Below, in pieces: positions 22,612 through 34,600 of a stretch of 64,000 nucleotides of DNA. The stretch covers positions 118,258-182,257 of the forward strand of contig NIVC01000909.1 of assembly GCA_002269645.1 (NCBI GenBank). Reading direction: 5' to 3'. This DNA is from Macrostomum lignano (taxonomy: Eukaryota). Position 1 is the stretch's first letter, and every line of letters starts with the position of its first letter. A model generated the notes under the pieces. That model made no database searches. It was given only the letters and a program-made list of their open reading frames with translations, and was not told the DNA's origin. A program made the translations under genes and the position numbers.

Positions 22612-25600
22612 CTATAGAGTATCCTCAGGTGACGTAGTCTCTGCTCCAGCTGAAGTCTCCCAGTCGAGGCTGTCAGTCGAACTAACCATCCCTGGGCCAG
22701 GCTCCGGTACCACCCGGACCTTGTCGGTGCTCATTGAGTAGCCTAGAGTCCAGCCGCCACCGCCGCTGCTGCCATCGCCGCCTGCTGTCGAGGACGCCTC
22801 CGCATCGATGCTATCGACACTGCGGGTCATGGCCAGCTGGGCCTCCTCGGTGAGTGAGTCGGCCTCACTCGGTGCGCACACAGACGACGCCATCGACGAC
22901 TCCATCACCGGGGCAATCTTTTTCGACCGGCCGGGCGGGAATCGCCTCTGAGCTACGGCGGCCGCGACCGGCTCTTCGTCCTCCTCGTCCTCTTCACCAA
23001 GACTATCGGCGTCTTTACCAGCGTCCGCTTCCTCGAACCGAACCTCTGGCACTTTCAGCGCTTCAGCAATCTTAGACGCTTCGGAATAGATCTGACTGTC
23101 GGCCTGGTCTGGTTCGACAGAATCCTCTTCATCATCTTGTTGAATGTCCTCGTCAACTTCTTCGACATCCTCCATTACCGACTCTGCAGGCTCCTCCGCT
23201 GTCTCCAGCTCCCGCTCGAGCCGCTCAAACTCGGTCAGCGAGCCCGATGCCGCGTCTTCTTGCGGTGCGGCGATCATCTCGAAGTCGGATTCGCCCGAAT
23301 CGACAGGCGAGTTAGACTTCTGCTGCGCACTCGGCCTGTAAGATTCTTCGCTTTTGTCGACCTGCTTCTGTTGAAGCATCTCCGGAAAACGGTCCGATTT
23401 TTTCGAGCCAAACGAGGAGGAAAGTCCAGCTGCTGTTGGCGTCTCATCTTCTTCAGTAAGTGGCGGCTCGATTTCGAAGCCGATTTTTGGTGGAGACTTG
23501 GCCACTTGTAGCTGCTGCTGCATTGACGGCTGGAGATGCTTCTCCGGCTGCGGTTGTTGCTGTTGTCGTTGTTGTTGAGACAAGCGCTGCTCTGGAGAGC
23601 TCTCCGGTGTTTCCTTTAACTCCATGATTGGCGACAGAAGATTGTCATCGATGACCACCTGTTCAACAGCCTTATTCGTCATAAAAACGTACGCGGCTTT
23701 GGGAGAAGCGCCGAGTGGTTCTTCGCCCTCGTCATCATCCTCGTCGTCTTCTTCATCTGATTCTTCAGCGTAGTCGTCTCCTTCCTGATACACAGCTCCC
23801 TGGAACAGCTCCGAGTCGATGTCGCCAACCGAGGTCCGAAAGCCTTCGTGTTCTTGGCTCTCGGCATTCTCATCTTCAACGTCATCCTTTTCGCCTTGCT
23901 TCATCATTATCTGTTCGGCAGCCTTTTCGAAATCCAACGCTAGTTCTTCCTCTTGTAGCGAGCGCTCCAGTCTCTCCTGTGCTGTGCGCTCGAATTCCTC
24001 CGACTTGACGGCATCCGCAGCGGAGCTCAAAGCACGAGAAGCCAACTGACGAGCCGCTTCGTCGCTCTGATCCGACGGCACCTCCAATTCCTCGAACGCC
24101 TCACCAGACATTGTAGGGCTTATTGGTCCACCCGATGTGGTTGATGAAGATAGGGTTGAACGTTGTTGTGCTTCTTCTAAAAGTACTCCTGCATCATCCG
24201 CATCGGCCGTCTCTTCCTCACATTCTGAGTTCTGCACCGTATCGTCGTCCTGTCCAGCTAGCGTGGAGGCAACGTCACTAACCAGAGAAGTTGACACATC
24301 CGTTGCGTCATCAAATTGTCTGCGAGCAACTTCCGTTTCTTCTTCAGCTTCTCCGCCGCTCTCGAAGTCAATATCTGAAGCGGCGTCATCTCGAGTTAGC
24401 AGTATAAAGCCGCTGTCATCTTGTCCTACAATGCTGGGAATGTCATCAGCAGTTGCCGAAGGGCCAAACCGGTTGTCGGTTACACTGATGCCGGAGCTAA
24501 GAACTTCGCTAGACTTAGAGGCGTCCTGGCTAAGCGAAGACGCGTCCCGTGGCAGTTCGGAGGAATGAGCCATTGGCGGCTGGCTGGTCTCGGAGTCCTC
24601 AAGCGTAACCACAGACGCTTCCATGGTTCCAGTGTCTAGGCGTTGCGCTTCCAACTGGCCCTCCGGATCCTCCAACTGAAACTGGCACTCGTCAGGCGAA
24701 GCGGAGTTGGTGCCGCTCATCGCAGAAGTGCCCCTAGCCAGTCCAGGAGAGACAGGACTCGTCCCAACCGACTCGTCCAGGTTTCTGGGCTCCTCCGCCG
24801 TTGACGCCGCCAGGCTGAGATTGGCCAGCGCCGGCAGAGACCGCTTGATGACGGAATCAAATGATTCAGGACTCTGAGCGGATTCGCCAGGAATCTCCTC
24901 GTCGTATTCTGGCAGCTCGCTCGGGCCAGCAGAAACCGCAGGGTTAACAATAGCAGAAGCAGCCTCATCAGACTGCTCAACAAGTATAAAGGCGTCCGGA
25001 CCGAGTAGAATACGAGCCTCAGGCTCAGCGACAGCTGGTTTAGTTTGGTGACGAAAAATATTCTGGTCCGATTGTGGTACAGCAGCTTCTTCATCACTTG
25101 CTGCCTCATGTTCCTGTTGTAGCGAGCCTTCACGACCCGCTGGTCTTTCGTCATCCTCGCCTTCGGCATCAAAATCATCTTCGAAACGGGCGTCGCTGCC
25201 TGGTTCGCTCTCGTTAGAATACAGCATTTCTTCTTCATCCTCGACGACTCGGGCCTCATCTTCGTCCAGCTGCTCAGACTGAAGAGACTCTGAAAGTTTA
25301 TGACCCTCTTCGCCTTCCTTACGAGTAGGAGAGGTACTCTGCATTTGTGAGGGTGAACCTGCTTCAGCCTTTCGTCCATCATCTGCAAGCTCATCAGCCT
25401 CGATGGACTCAACAGGCAGCTCTTCAGTCTCTCTGTACTCAACAGGCTGCTCTTCAGTCTCCGTGTAATCAACAGACTGCTCTTCAGTTTCTTTGTACTC
25501 AACAGGCTGCTCTTCAGTTTCTTTGTACTCAACAGGCTGCTCTTCAGTTTCTTTGTACTCAACAGGCTGCTCTTCAGTCTTTCTGTAGTCCACAGGCTTC

Positions 25601-28600
25601 TCTTCGGAGTCTTGGTAGTCAACACGCTGCTCCTCAGATTCTTTGTACTCCACTGACTGTTCCTCAGGGTCCTTGTACTCGTATTCAACTGGTAGCTCCC
25701 CCGGAGAAAGTTGAGACGCGATAAACTGGGACTCTGTGTCGCGTAAATCGTTACCCGTCGATACAAAAGTGTCCATACCGCTTGATATCCTTAGTTGAAC
25801 GGCCAGCACTAATGTTTCAGTTCTAGCAACACTGCATGTAGGTTCAGTCATATTGGGAAGAGGCTCTGTTTCCTGCTTTGTCACAGCTTCCTCGGGCTCT
25901 TTAAGCGGCTGTGGCTCAGTGTCCTTGTGCTCAACCGAAAGAATCTCAGCTTCCCCGGGCTCTTGAAGCGGCTGTGGCTCAGTGTCCTTGTGCTCAACCG
26001 AAAGAATCTCGGGTTCCTCGGGCTCTTGCACTGTACGTGACTCAGTGTCCTTGTGCTCAACCGAAAGAATCTCAGCTTCCTCGGGCTCTTGAAGCGGCTG
26101 TGACTCAGTGTCCTTGTGCTCAACCGAAAGAATCACAGCTTCCTGGGGCTCTTGAATCGCGTCCTTGTGCTCAACTAGAAGGGTTTCAGCTTCCTCGGGC
26201 TCTTGAACCGAATCTGTCTCAGTGCCCTCGTGCTCAACTGAATGTCTAACGCCCGAAAGGCTCTTTAAAGCGGCGATCAAAGCTTTTTGAACACAATCTC
26301 TCGCACAGGCGTCAATTAGTGAGTCATCGGTTTTCTGATCTGAGTCCAAGTCATCTGATTGAGCAGTACCTTGCTCCACACCTTTTAATTTTACTTCGTT
26401 AAGTTCTGCAACATTCTGCTCTTCATTTGATGGCTCATCACCCTTTTCTTCCTTATGCTCGGACATATCCGAAGTTTTTGCATCGTGAATCACAATTTCT
26501 GAAACTTTTTCAAGCGAAGACGCTGCTTCAGAGTTTTCAAGAATTTCCTCACTTTCTGTTTGTTCCTCAGCATCCTTATGAGCATCTGTTGTTTTTAGCT
26601 GTTCCTCTACATTATCATGAGAAGCAGCAGACTGCGGCCGTTCTCCAACTCCAGAGAGAACTGCTGTATCGGTCTCCTTATCTGAAGCCTGTAAGTCAGT
26701 ACCTTCTTCATCAGTAAACTGTGAACCAGTGGATCGGAGTATCAATTGAACAGGTAATGATTGACACTCCGTCTCAGTGATTTCAAAAATGCAAGGCTTC
26801 TCAACGGACTCAACAGTGCGAGGCTCCTCCTGTGACTCGGGCTCAAGGGACTCAACCGTGCGAGGCTCCTCCTGTGGCTCGGTCTCAATAGACTCAACAG
26901 TGCAAGGCTCCTCCTGTGGCTCGGGCTCAACAGACTCAACAGTGCGAGGCTCCTCCTGTGGCTCCGGCTCAAGGGACTCAACAGTGCGAGGCTCCTCATG
27001 TGGCTCGGGCTCAAGGGACTCAACAGTGCGAGGCTCCTCCTGTGGCTCGGTCTCGACGGACTCAACAGTGCGAGGCTCCTCCTGTGGCTCCGGCTCAAGG
27101 GACTCAACAGTGCGAGGCTCCTCCTGTGGCTCGGTCTCAAGGGACTCAACCGTGCGAGGCTCCTCCTGTGGCTCGGTCTCGACGGACTCAACAGTGCGAG
27201 GCTCCTCCTGTGGCTCGGTCTCGACGGACTCAACAGTGCGAGGCTCCTCCTGTGGCTCGGGCTCAAGGGACTCAACAGTGCGAGGCTCCTCCTGTGGCTC
27301 GGTCTCGACGGACTCAACAGTGCAAGGCTCCTCCTGTGGCTCCGGCTCAAGGGACTCAACAGTGCGAGGCTCCTCCTGTGGCTCGGTCTCAAGGGACTCA
27401 ACCGTGCGAGGCTCCTCCTGTGGCTCGGGCTCAAGGGACTCAACCGTGCGAGGCTCCTCCTGTGACTCGGGCTCGGTCTCGACGGACTCAGCAGTGCGAG
27501 GCTCCTCTTGTGGCTCGGTCTCAACAGAGCGAGGCTCTTTCTGTGTGGTACCATTTTGCTCGAAAATACCTCTGAATCTGGACTCTTCAGCACGTAACGC
27601 CGTTTCAATTGCGTCATTCACCAGCTTTTTTACCAAATCAAACTCAAAATTTTCTACTTTATACGTCACTTCATCTTTGTTTTGAATGCCATCCGATGTG
27701 TCTTCTTCTGGTAGGTTTTGTTTGATAAATACTTCTGGGTCATTTTTGCTGGGAACGAATTCTGGTCCAGTGGCTCTGTCTGAAGCAACAATATCCTTGT
27801 CAGTAACTGCTTCAAGGTCACTTGGCTGACGTAACTCCACAGGAAGAACTTGTGTTCCAGTCAGTACAGATGTCTTCAGTAAGTCTTCAGGAACTTCAGG
27901 CTCTTCTGGCTCAGCAAGCGCTTCAGTCTCCTCAGGCTCGGCACGAGCTTTAGTCTCTTCTGGTTCAGCACGAGCTTCGGCCGCTTCTGGCTCAGCAAGA
28001 GCTTCAGTCTCTTCTGGCTCAGCACGAGCTTCAGTCTCTTCAGGCTCAGCACAAGCTTCAGTTTCTTGAGGCTCAGCACGAGCTTCAGTTTCTTCTGGCT
28101 CAGCACGAGCTTCAGTTTCTTGAGGCTCAGCACGAGCTTCAGTTTCTTCAGGCTCAGCACGAGCTTCAGTCTCTTCTGGCTCAGCACGAGCTTCAGTCTC
28201 TTCAGGCTCAGCACGAGCTTCAGTTTCTTGAGGCTCAGCACGAGCTTCAGTTTCTTCTGGCTCAGCACGAGCTTCAGTTTCTTGAGGCTCAGCACGAGCT
28301 TCAGTTTCTTCAGGCTCATCACGAGCTTCAGTCTCTTCTGGCTCAGCACGAGCTTCAGTTTCTTGAGGCTCAGCACGAGCTTCAGTTTCTTCAGGCTCAT
28401 CACGAGCTTCAGTTTCTTCAGGCTCATCACGAGCTTCAGTCTCTTCTTGCTCAGCACGAGCTTCAGTCTCTTCTGGCTCAGCGCGAGCTTCAGTCTCCTC
28501 AGGCTCAGCACGAGCTTCAGTCTCCTCAGGCTCTGCATGAGCTTCAGTCTCCTCTCTTTCATCACGGGGTTCAGTTTCATTCTCACTCGGAACGAACTTT

Positions 28601-31600
28601 GATCCAGTGGTTCTATCTGACACGACAATGTCCTTGTTGGCAATGGCTTCAGTCAGCTCATCTGGTTGACGCAATTGTACAGCAAGAACTTGGGTCTCAG
28701 TGAGTGCAGATGTCTGCTCAGGAGCAATTGTAGCTGATGTCTCCGCAGGATCAGTTGGTGTCTTCTCAGACTGAATTGTACCTGGTGTTTCATCTAGTTC
28801 TGCACGAGCTTCAGGCTCTTGAGGCTCAGCACGAGCTTTAGTCTCTTGAGGCTCAGCACGAGCTTCAGTCTCTTCAGGCTCAGCACGTGATTTAGTGTCT
28901 TCTGGCTCAGCGCGAGCTTCAGGCTCCTCAGGCTCATCACGAGCTTCAGTCTCTTGAGGCTCAGCACGAGCTTCAGTCTCCTCTGGCTCAGCACGAGCTT
29001 CACTCTCTTCTGGCTCAGCGCGAGCTTCAGTCTCTTCAGGCGCAGCACGAGCTTCAGTCTCCTCAGGCTCAGAATGAGCTTCAGTATCTTCAGGCTCAGC
29101 ACGAGCTTCAGTCTCATGAGGCTCAGCACGAGCTTCAGTCTCCTCTGGCTCTGCATGAGCTTCAGTCTCCTCTGGCTCTGCATGAGCTTCAGTCTCCTCA
29201 GGCTCAGAAATAGCTTCAGTCTCTTTTGGCTGAGCACCAGCTTCAGTCTCTTGAGGCTCAGCACGAGCTTCAGTCTCTTCTGGCTCAGCGCGAGCTTCAG
29301 TCTCTTCAGGCTCAGCACGAGCTTCAGTCTCCTCAGGCTCGGCACGAGTATCCGCCTCTTCTGGCTCTTCAGTATCTTCAGGCTCCGCACGAGCTTCAGT
29401 CTCCTCAGGCTCAGCACGAGCTTCGGTCTCTTCTGGCTCAGCACGAGCTTCAGTCTCTTCTGGCTCAGCACGAGCTTCGGTCTCTTCAGGCTCATCACGA
29501 TTTTCAGTCTCCTCAGGCTCTGCATGAGCTTCAGTCTCTTGAGGCTTAGCACGAGCTTCAGTCTCCTCAGGCTCAGCACGAGCTTCAGTCTTCTCAGGCT
29601 CAGCACGAGCTTCAGTCTCCTCAGGCTCTGCATGAGCTTCAGTCTCCTCTCTTTCATCACGGGCTTCAGTTTCATTCTCACTCGGAACGAACTGTGATCC
29701 AGTGGTTCTATCTGACACGACAATGTCCTTGTTGGCAATGGCTTCAGTCAGCTCATCTGGTCGACGCAATTGTACAGCAAGAACTTGGGTCTCAGTGAGT
29801 GCAGATGTCTGCTCAGGAGCAATTGTAGCTGATGTCTCCGCAGGATCAGTTGGTGTCTTCTCAGACTGAATTGTACCTGGTGTTTCATCTAGTTCTACAC
29901 GAGCTTCAGGCTCTTGAGGCTCAGCACGAGCTTTAGTCTCTTGAGGCTCAGCACGAGCTTCGGTCTCCTCAGACTCACCACGAGCTTCATTCTTTTGAGG
30001 CTTAGCACGAGCTTCAGTCTCCTCAGGCTCAGCACGAGCTTCAGTCTCCTCAGGCTCTGCACGAGCTTCAGTCTCCTCAGGCTCAGCACGAGCTTCGGTC
30101 TCCTCAGGCTCAGCACGAGCTTCAGTCTCTTCAGGCTCAGCACGAGCTTCAGTTTCTTGAGGCTCAGCACGAGCTTCAGTTTCTTCTGGCTCAGCACCAG
30201 CTTCAGTTTCTTGAGGCTCAGCACGAGCTTCAGTTTCTTCAGGCTCATCACGAGCTTCAGTCTCTTCTGGCTCAGCACCAGCTTCAGTCTCTTCAGGCTC
30301 ATCACGATTTTCAGTCTCCTCAGGCTCTGCATGAGCTTCAGTCTCTTGAGGCTTAGCACGAGCTTCAGTCTCCTCAGGCTCAGCACGAGCTTCAGTCTTC
30401 TCAGGCTCAGCACGAGCTTCAGTCTCCTCAGGCTCTGCATGAGCTTCAGTCTCCTCTCTTTCATCACGGGCTTCAGTTTCATTCTCACTCGGAACGAACT
30501 TTGATCCAGTGGTTCTATCTGACACGACAATGTCCTTGTTGGCAATGGCTTCAGTCAGCTCATCTGGTTGACGCAATTGTACAGCAAGAACTTGGGTCTC
30601 AGTGAGTGCAGATGTCTGCTCAGGAGCAATTGTAGCTGATGTCTCCGCAGGATCAGTTGGTGTCTTCTCAGACTGAATTGTACCTGGTGTTTCATCTAGT
30701 TCTACACGAGCTTCAGGCTCTTGAGGCTCAGCACGAGCTTTAGTCTCTTGAGGCTCAGCACGAGCTTCGGTCTCTTCAGGCTCAGCACGAGATTTAGTGT
30801 CTTCTGGCTCAGCGCGAGCTTCAGGCTCCTCAGGCTCATCACGAGCTTCAGTCTCCTCAGGCTCAGCACGAGCTTCGGTCTCTTGAGGCTTAGCACGAGC
30901 TTCAGTCTCCTCAGGCTCTGCACGAGCTTCAGTCTCCTCAGGCTCAGCACGAGCTTCAGTCTCCTCAGACTCACCACGAGCTTCATTCTCTTGAGGCTTA
31001 GCACGAGCTTCAGTCTCCTCAGGCTCAGCACGAGCTTCAGTCTCCTCAGGCTCTGCACGAGCTTCAGTCTCCTCAGGCTCAGCACGAGCTTCGGTCTCCT
31101 CAGGCTCAGCACGAGCTTCAGTCTCTTCAGGCTCAGCACGAGCTTCAGTTTCTTGAGGCTCAGCACGAGCTTCAGTTTCTTCTGGCTCAGCACCAGCTTC
31201 AGTTTCTTGAGGCTCAGCACGAGCTTCAGTTTCTTCAGGCTCATCACGAGCTTCAGTCTCTTCTGGCTCAGCACCAGCTTCAGTCTCTTGAGGCTCATCA
31301 CGAGCTTCAGTCTCTTCTTGCTCAGCACGAGCTTCGGTCTCTTCAGGCTCAGCACGAGCTTCAGTCTCGTCAGGCTCATCACGAGCTTCAGTCTCTTCTG
31401 GCTCAGCGCGAGCTTCAGTCTCTTCAGTCTCAGCACGAGCTTCAGTCTCCTCAGGTTCAGCACGAGCTTCGGTCTCTTCTGGCTCAGCGCGAGCTTCAGT
31501 CTCTTCTGGTTCAGCACGAGCTTCGGTCTCTTCAGGCTCATCACGATCTTCAGTCTCCTCAGGCTCTGCATGAGCTTCAGTCTCTTGAGGCTCATCACGA

Positions 31601-34600
31601 GCTTCAGTCTCTTCTTGCTCAGCACGAGCTTCGGTCTCTTCAGGCTCAGCACGAGCTTCAGTCTCGTCAGGCTCATCACGAGCTTCAGTCTCTTCTGGCT
31701 CAGCGCGAGCTTCAGTCTCTTCTGGCTCAGCACGAGCTTCAGTCTCTTCTGGCTCAGCACGATCTTCGGTCTCTTCAGGCTCATCACGATTTTCAGTCTC
31801 CTCAGGCACTGCATGAGCTTCAATCTCTTGAGGCTTAGCACGAGCTTCAGTCTCCTCAGGCTCAGCACGAGCTTCAGTCTTCTCAGGCTCAGCACGAGCT
31901 TCAGTCTCCTCTCTTTCATCACGGGCTTCAGTTTCATTCTCACTCGGAACGAACTTTGATCCAGTGGTTCTATCTGACACGACAATGTCCTTGTTGGCAA
32001 TGGCTTCAGTCAGCTCATCTGGTTGACGCAATTGTACAGCAAGAACTTGGGTCTCAGTGAGTGCAGATGTCTTCTCAGGAGCAATTGTAGCTGATGTCTC
32101 CGCAGGATCAGTTGGTGTCTTCTCAGACTGAATTGTACCTGGTGTTTCATCTAGTTCTACACGAGCTTCAGGCTCTTGAGGCTCAGCACGAGCTTTAGTC
32201 TCTTGAGGCTCAGCACGAGCTTCGGTCTCTTCAGGCTCAGCACGAGATTTAGTGTCTTCTGGCTCAGCGCGAGCTTCAGGCTCCTCAGGCTCATCACGAG
32301 CTTCAGTCTCCTCAGGCTCATCATGAGCTTCAGTCTCTTGAGGCTTAGCACGAGCTTCAGTCTCCTCAGGCTCAGCACGAGCTTCAGGCTCTTTTGGCTC
32401 AGCGCGAGCTTCAGTCTCTTCAGGCTCAGCACGAGCTTCAGTCTCTTCTTGCTCAGCACGAGCTTCAATCTCTTGAGGCTCAGCACGAGCTTCGGTCTCT
32501 TCAGGCTCAGCACGAGCTTCAATCTCTTGAGGCTTAGCACGAGCTTCAGTCTCTTCTGGCTCAGCACGAGCTTCAGGCTCTTGAGGCTTAGCACGAGCTT
32601 CAGTCTCCTCAGGCTCAGCACGAGCTTCAGTCTCCTCAGGCTCTGCATGAGCTTCAGTCTCCTCAGGCTCTGCACGAGCTTCAGTCTCCTCAGGCTTAGC
32701 ACGAGCTTCAGTCTCCTCAGGCTCACCACGAGCTTCAGTCTCTTGAGGCTCATCACGAGCTTCAGTCTCCTCAGGCTCAGCACGAGCTTCAGTCTCCTCA
32801 GGCTCTTCACGAGCTTCAGTCTCCTCAGGCTCAGCACGAGCTTCAGTCTCCTCAGGCTCTTCACGAGCTTCAGTCTCCTCAGGCTCAGCACGAGCTTCAG
32901 TCTCCTCAGGCTCTGCATGAGCTTCAGTCTCTTGAGGCTTAGCACGAGCTTCAGTCTCCTCAGGCTCAGCAAGAGCTTCAGTCTCCTCAGGCTCTTCATG
33001 AGCTTCAGTCTCCTCAGGCTCTGCACGATCTTCAGTCTCTTCTTGCTCAGCACGAGCTTCAGTCTTCTCAGGCTCAGCACGAGCTTCAGTCTCCTCAGGC
33101 TCTGCATGAGCTTCAGTCTCCTCTCTTTCATCACGGGGTTCAGTTTCATTCTCACTCGGAACGAACTGTGATCCAGTGGTTCTATCTGACACGACAATGT
33201 CCTTGTTGGCAATGGCTTCAGTCAGCTCATCTGGTTGACGCAATTGTACAGCAAGAACTTGGGTCTCAGTGAGTGCAGATGTCTGCTCAGGAGCAATTGT
33301 AGCTGATGTCTCCGCAGGATCAGTTGGTGTCTTCTCAGACTGAATTGTACCTGGTGTTTCATCTAGTTCTACACGAGCTTCAGGCTCTTGAGGCTCAGCA
33401 CGAGCTTTAGTCTCTTGAGGCTCAGCACGAGCTTCGGTCTCTTCAGGCTCAGCACGAGATTTAGTGTATTCTGGCTCAGCGCGAGCTTCAGGCTCCTCAG
33501 GCTCATCACGAGCTTCAGTCTCCTCAGGCTCATCATGAGCTTCAGTCTCTTGAGGCTTAGCACGAGCTTCAGTCTCCTCAGGCTCAGCACGAGCTTCAGG
33601 CTCTTTTGGCTCAGCGCGAGCTTCAGTCCCCTCAGGCTCAGCACGAGCTTCAGTCTCTTCTTGCTCAGCACGAGCTTCAATCTCTTGAGGCTCAGCACGA
33701 GCTTCAGGCTCTTCTAGCTCAGCACGAGCTTCAGTCTCCTCAGGCTCAGCACGAGCTTCGGTCTCTTGAGGCTTAGCACGAGCTTCAGGCTCTTGAGGCT
33801 CAGCACGAGATTTAGTGTATTCAGGCTCAGCACGAGCTTCAGTCTCTTGAGGCTTAGCACGAGCTTCAGTCTCCTCAGGCTCTGCATGAGCTTCAGTCTC
33901 TTGAGGCTTAGCATGAGCTTTAGTCTCCTCAGGCTCAGCACGAGCTTCAGTCTCCTCAGGCTCTGCATGAGCTTCAGTCTCCTCAGGCTCAGCACGAGCT
34001 TCAGTCTCCTCAGGCTTAGCACGAGCTTCAGTCTCCTCAGGCTCACCACGAGCTTCAGTCTCTTGAGGCTTAGCACGAGCTTCAGTCTCCTCAGGCTCAG
34101 CACGAGCTTCAGTCTCCTCAGGCTCTTCACGAGCTTCAGTCTCCTCAGGCTCAGCACGAGCTTCAGTCTCCTCAGGCTCTGCATGAGCTTCAGTCTCTTG
34201 AGGCTTAGCACGAGCTTCAGTCTCCTCAGGCTCAGCAAGAGCTTCAGTCTCCTCAGGCTCTTCATGAGCTTCAGTCTCCTCAGGCTCTGCGCGATCTTCA
34301 GTCTCTTCTTGCTCAGCACGAGCTTCAATCTCTTGAGGCTTAGCACGAGCTTCAGTCTCCTCAGGCTCTGCATGAGCTTCAGTCTCTTGAGGCTCACCAC
34401 GAGCTTCAGTCTCCTCAGGCTCAGCAGGAGCTTGGGTCTCCTCACGCTCAGCGAAATGTTCGTACTCCGCAGAACCAGAGAGTGTATCTTTATGCTTATG
34501 TAATTTCACAGCTAGAACTTGCGTCTCGGTTTCTATGGCGACACCTTCAGCCTCTTCCTCTGGCACAGCAGCCTCGGGTTCGCTCAGCTGCCGACTCCAA

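Noticed and set aside
27876-34503. Long ORFs such as LKLVLSLKRLKL and RLSTSFSLL
   Set aside because: Alternative and antisense frames of the 27-bp coding repeat, open only because the unit lacks stops.
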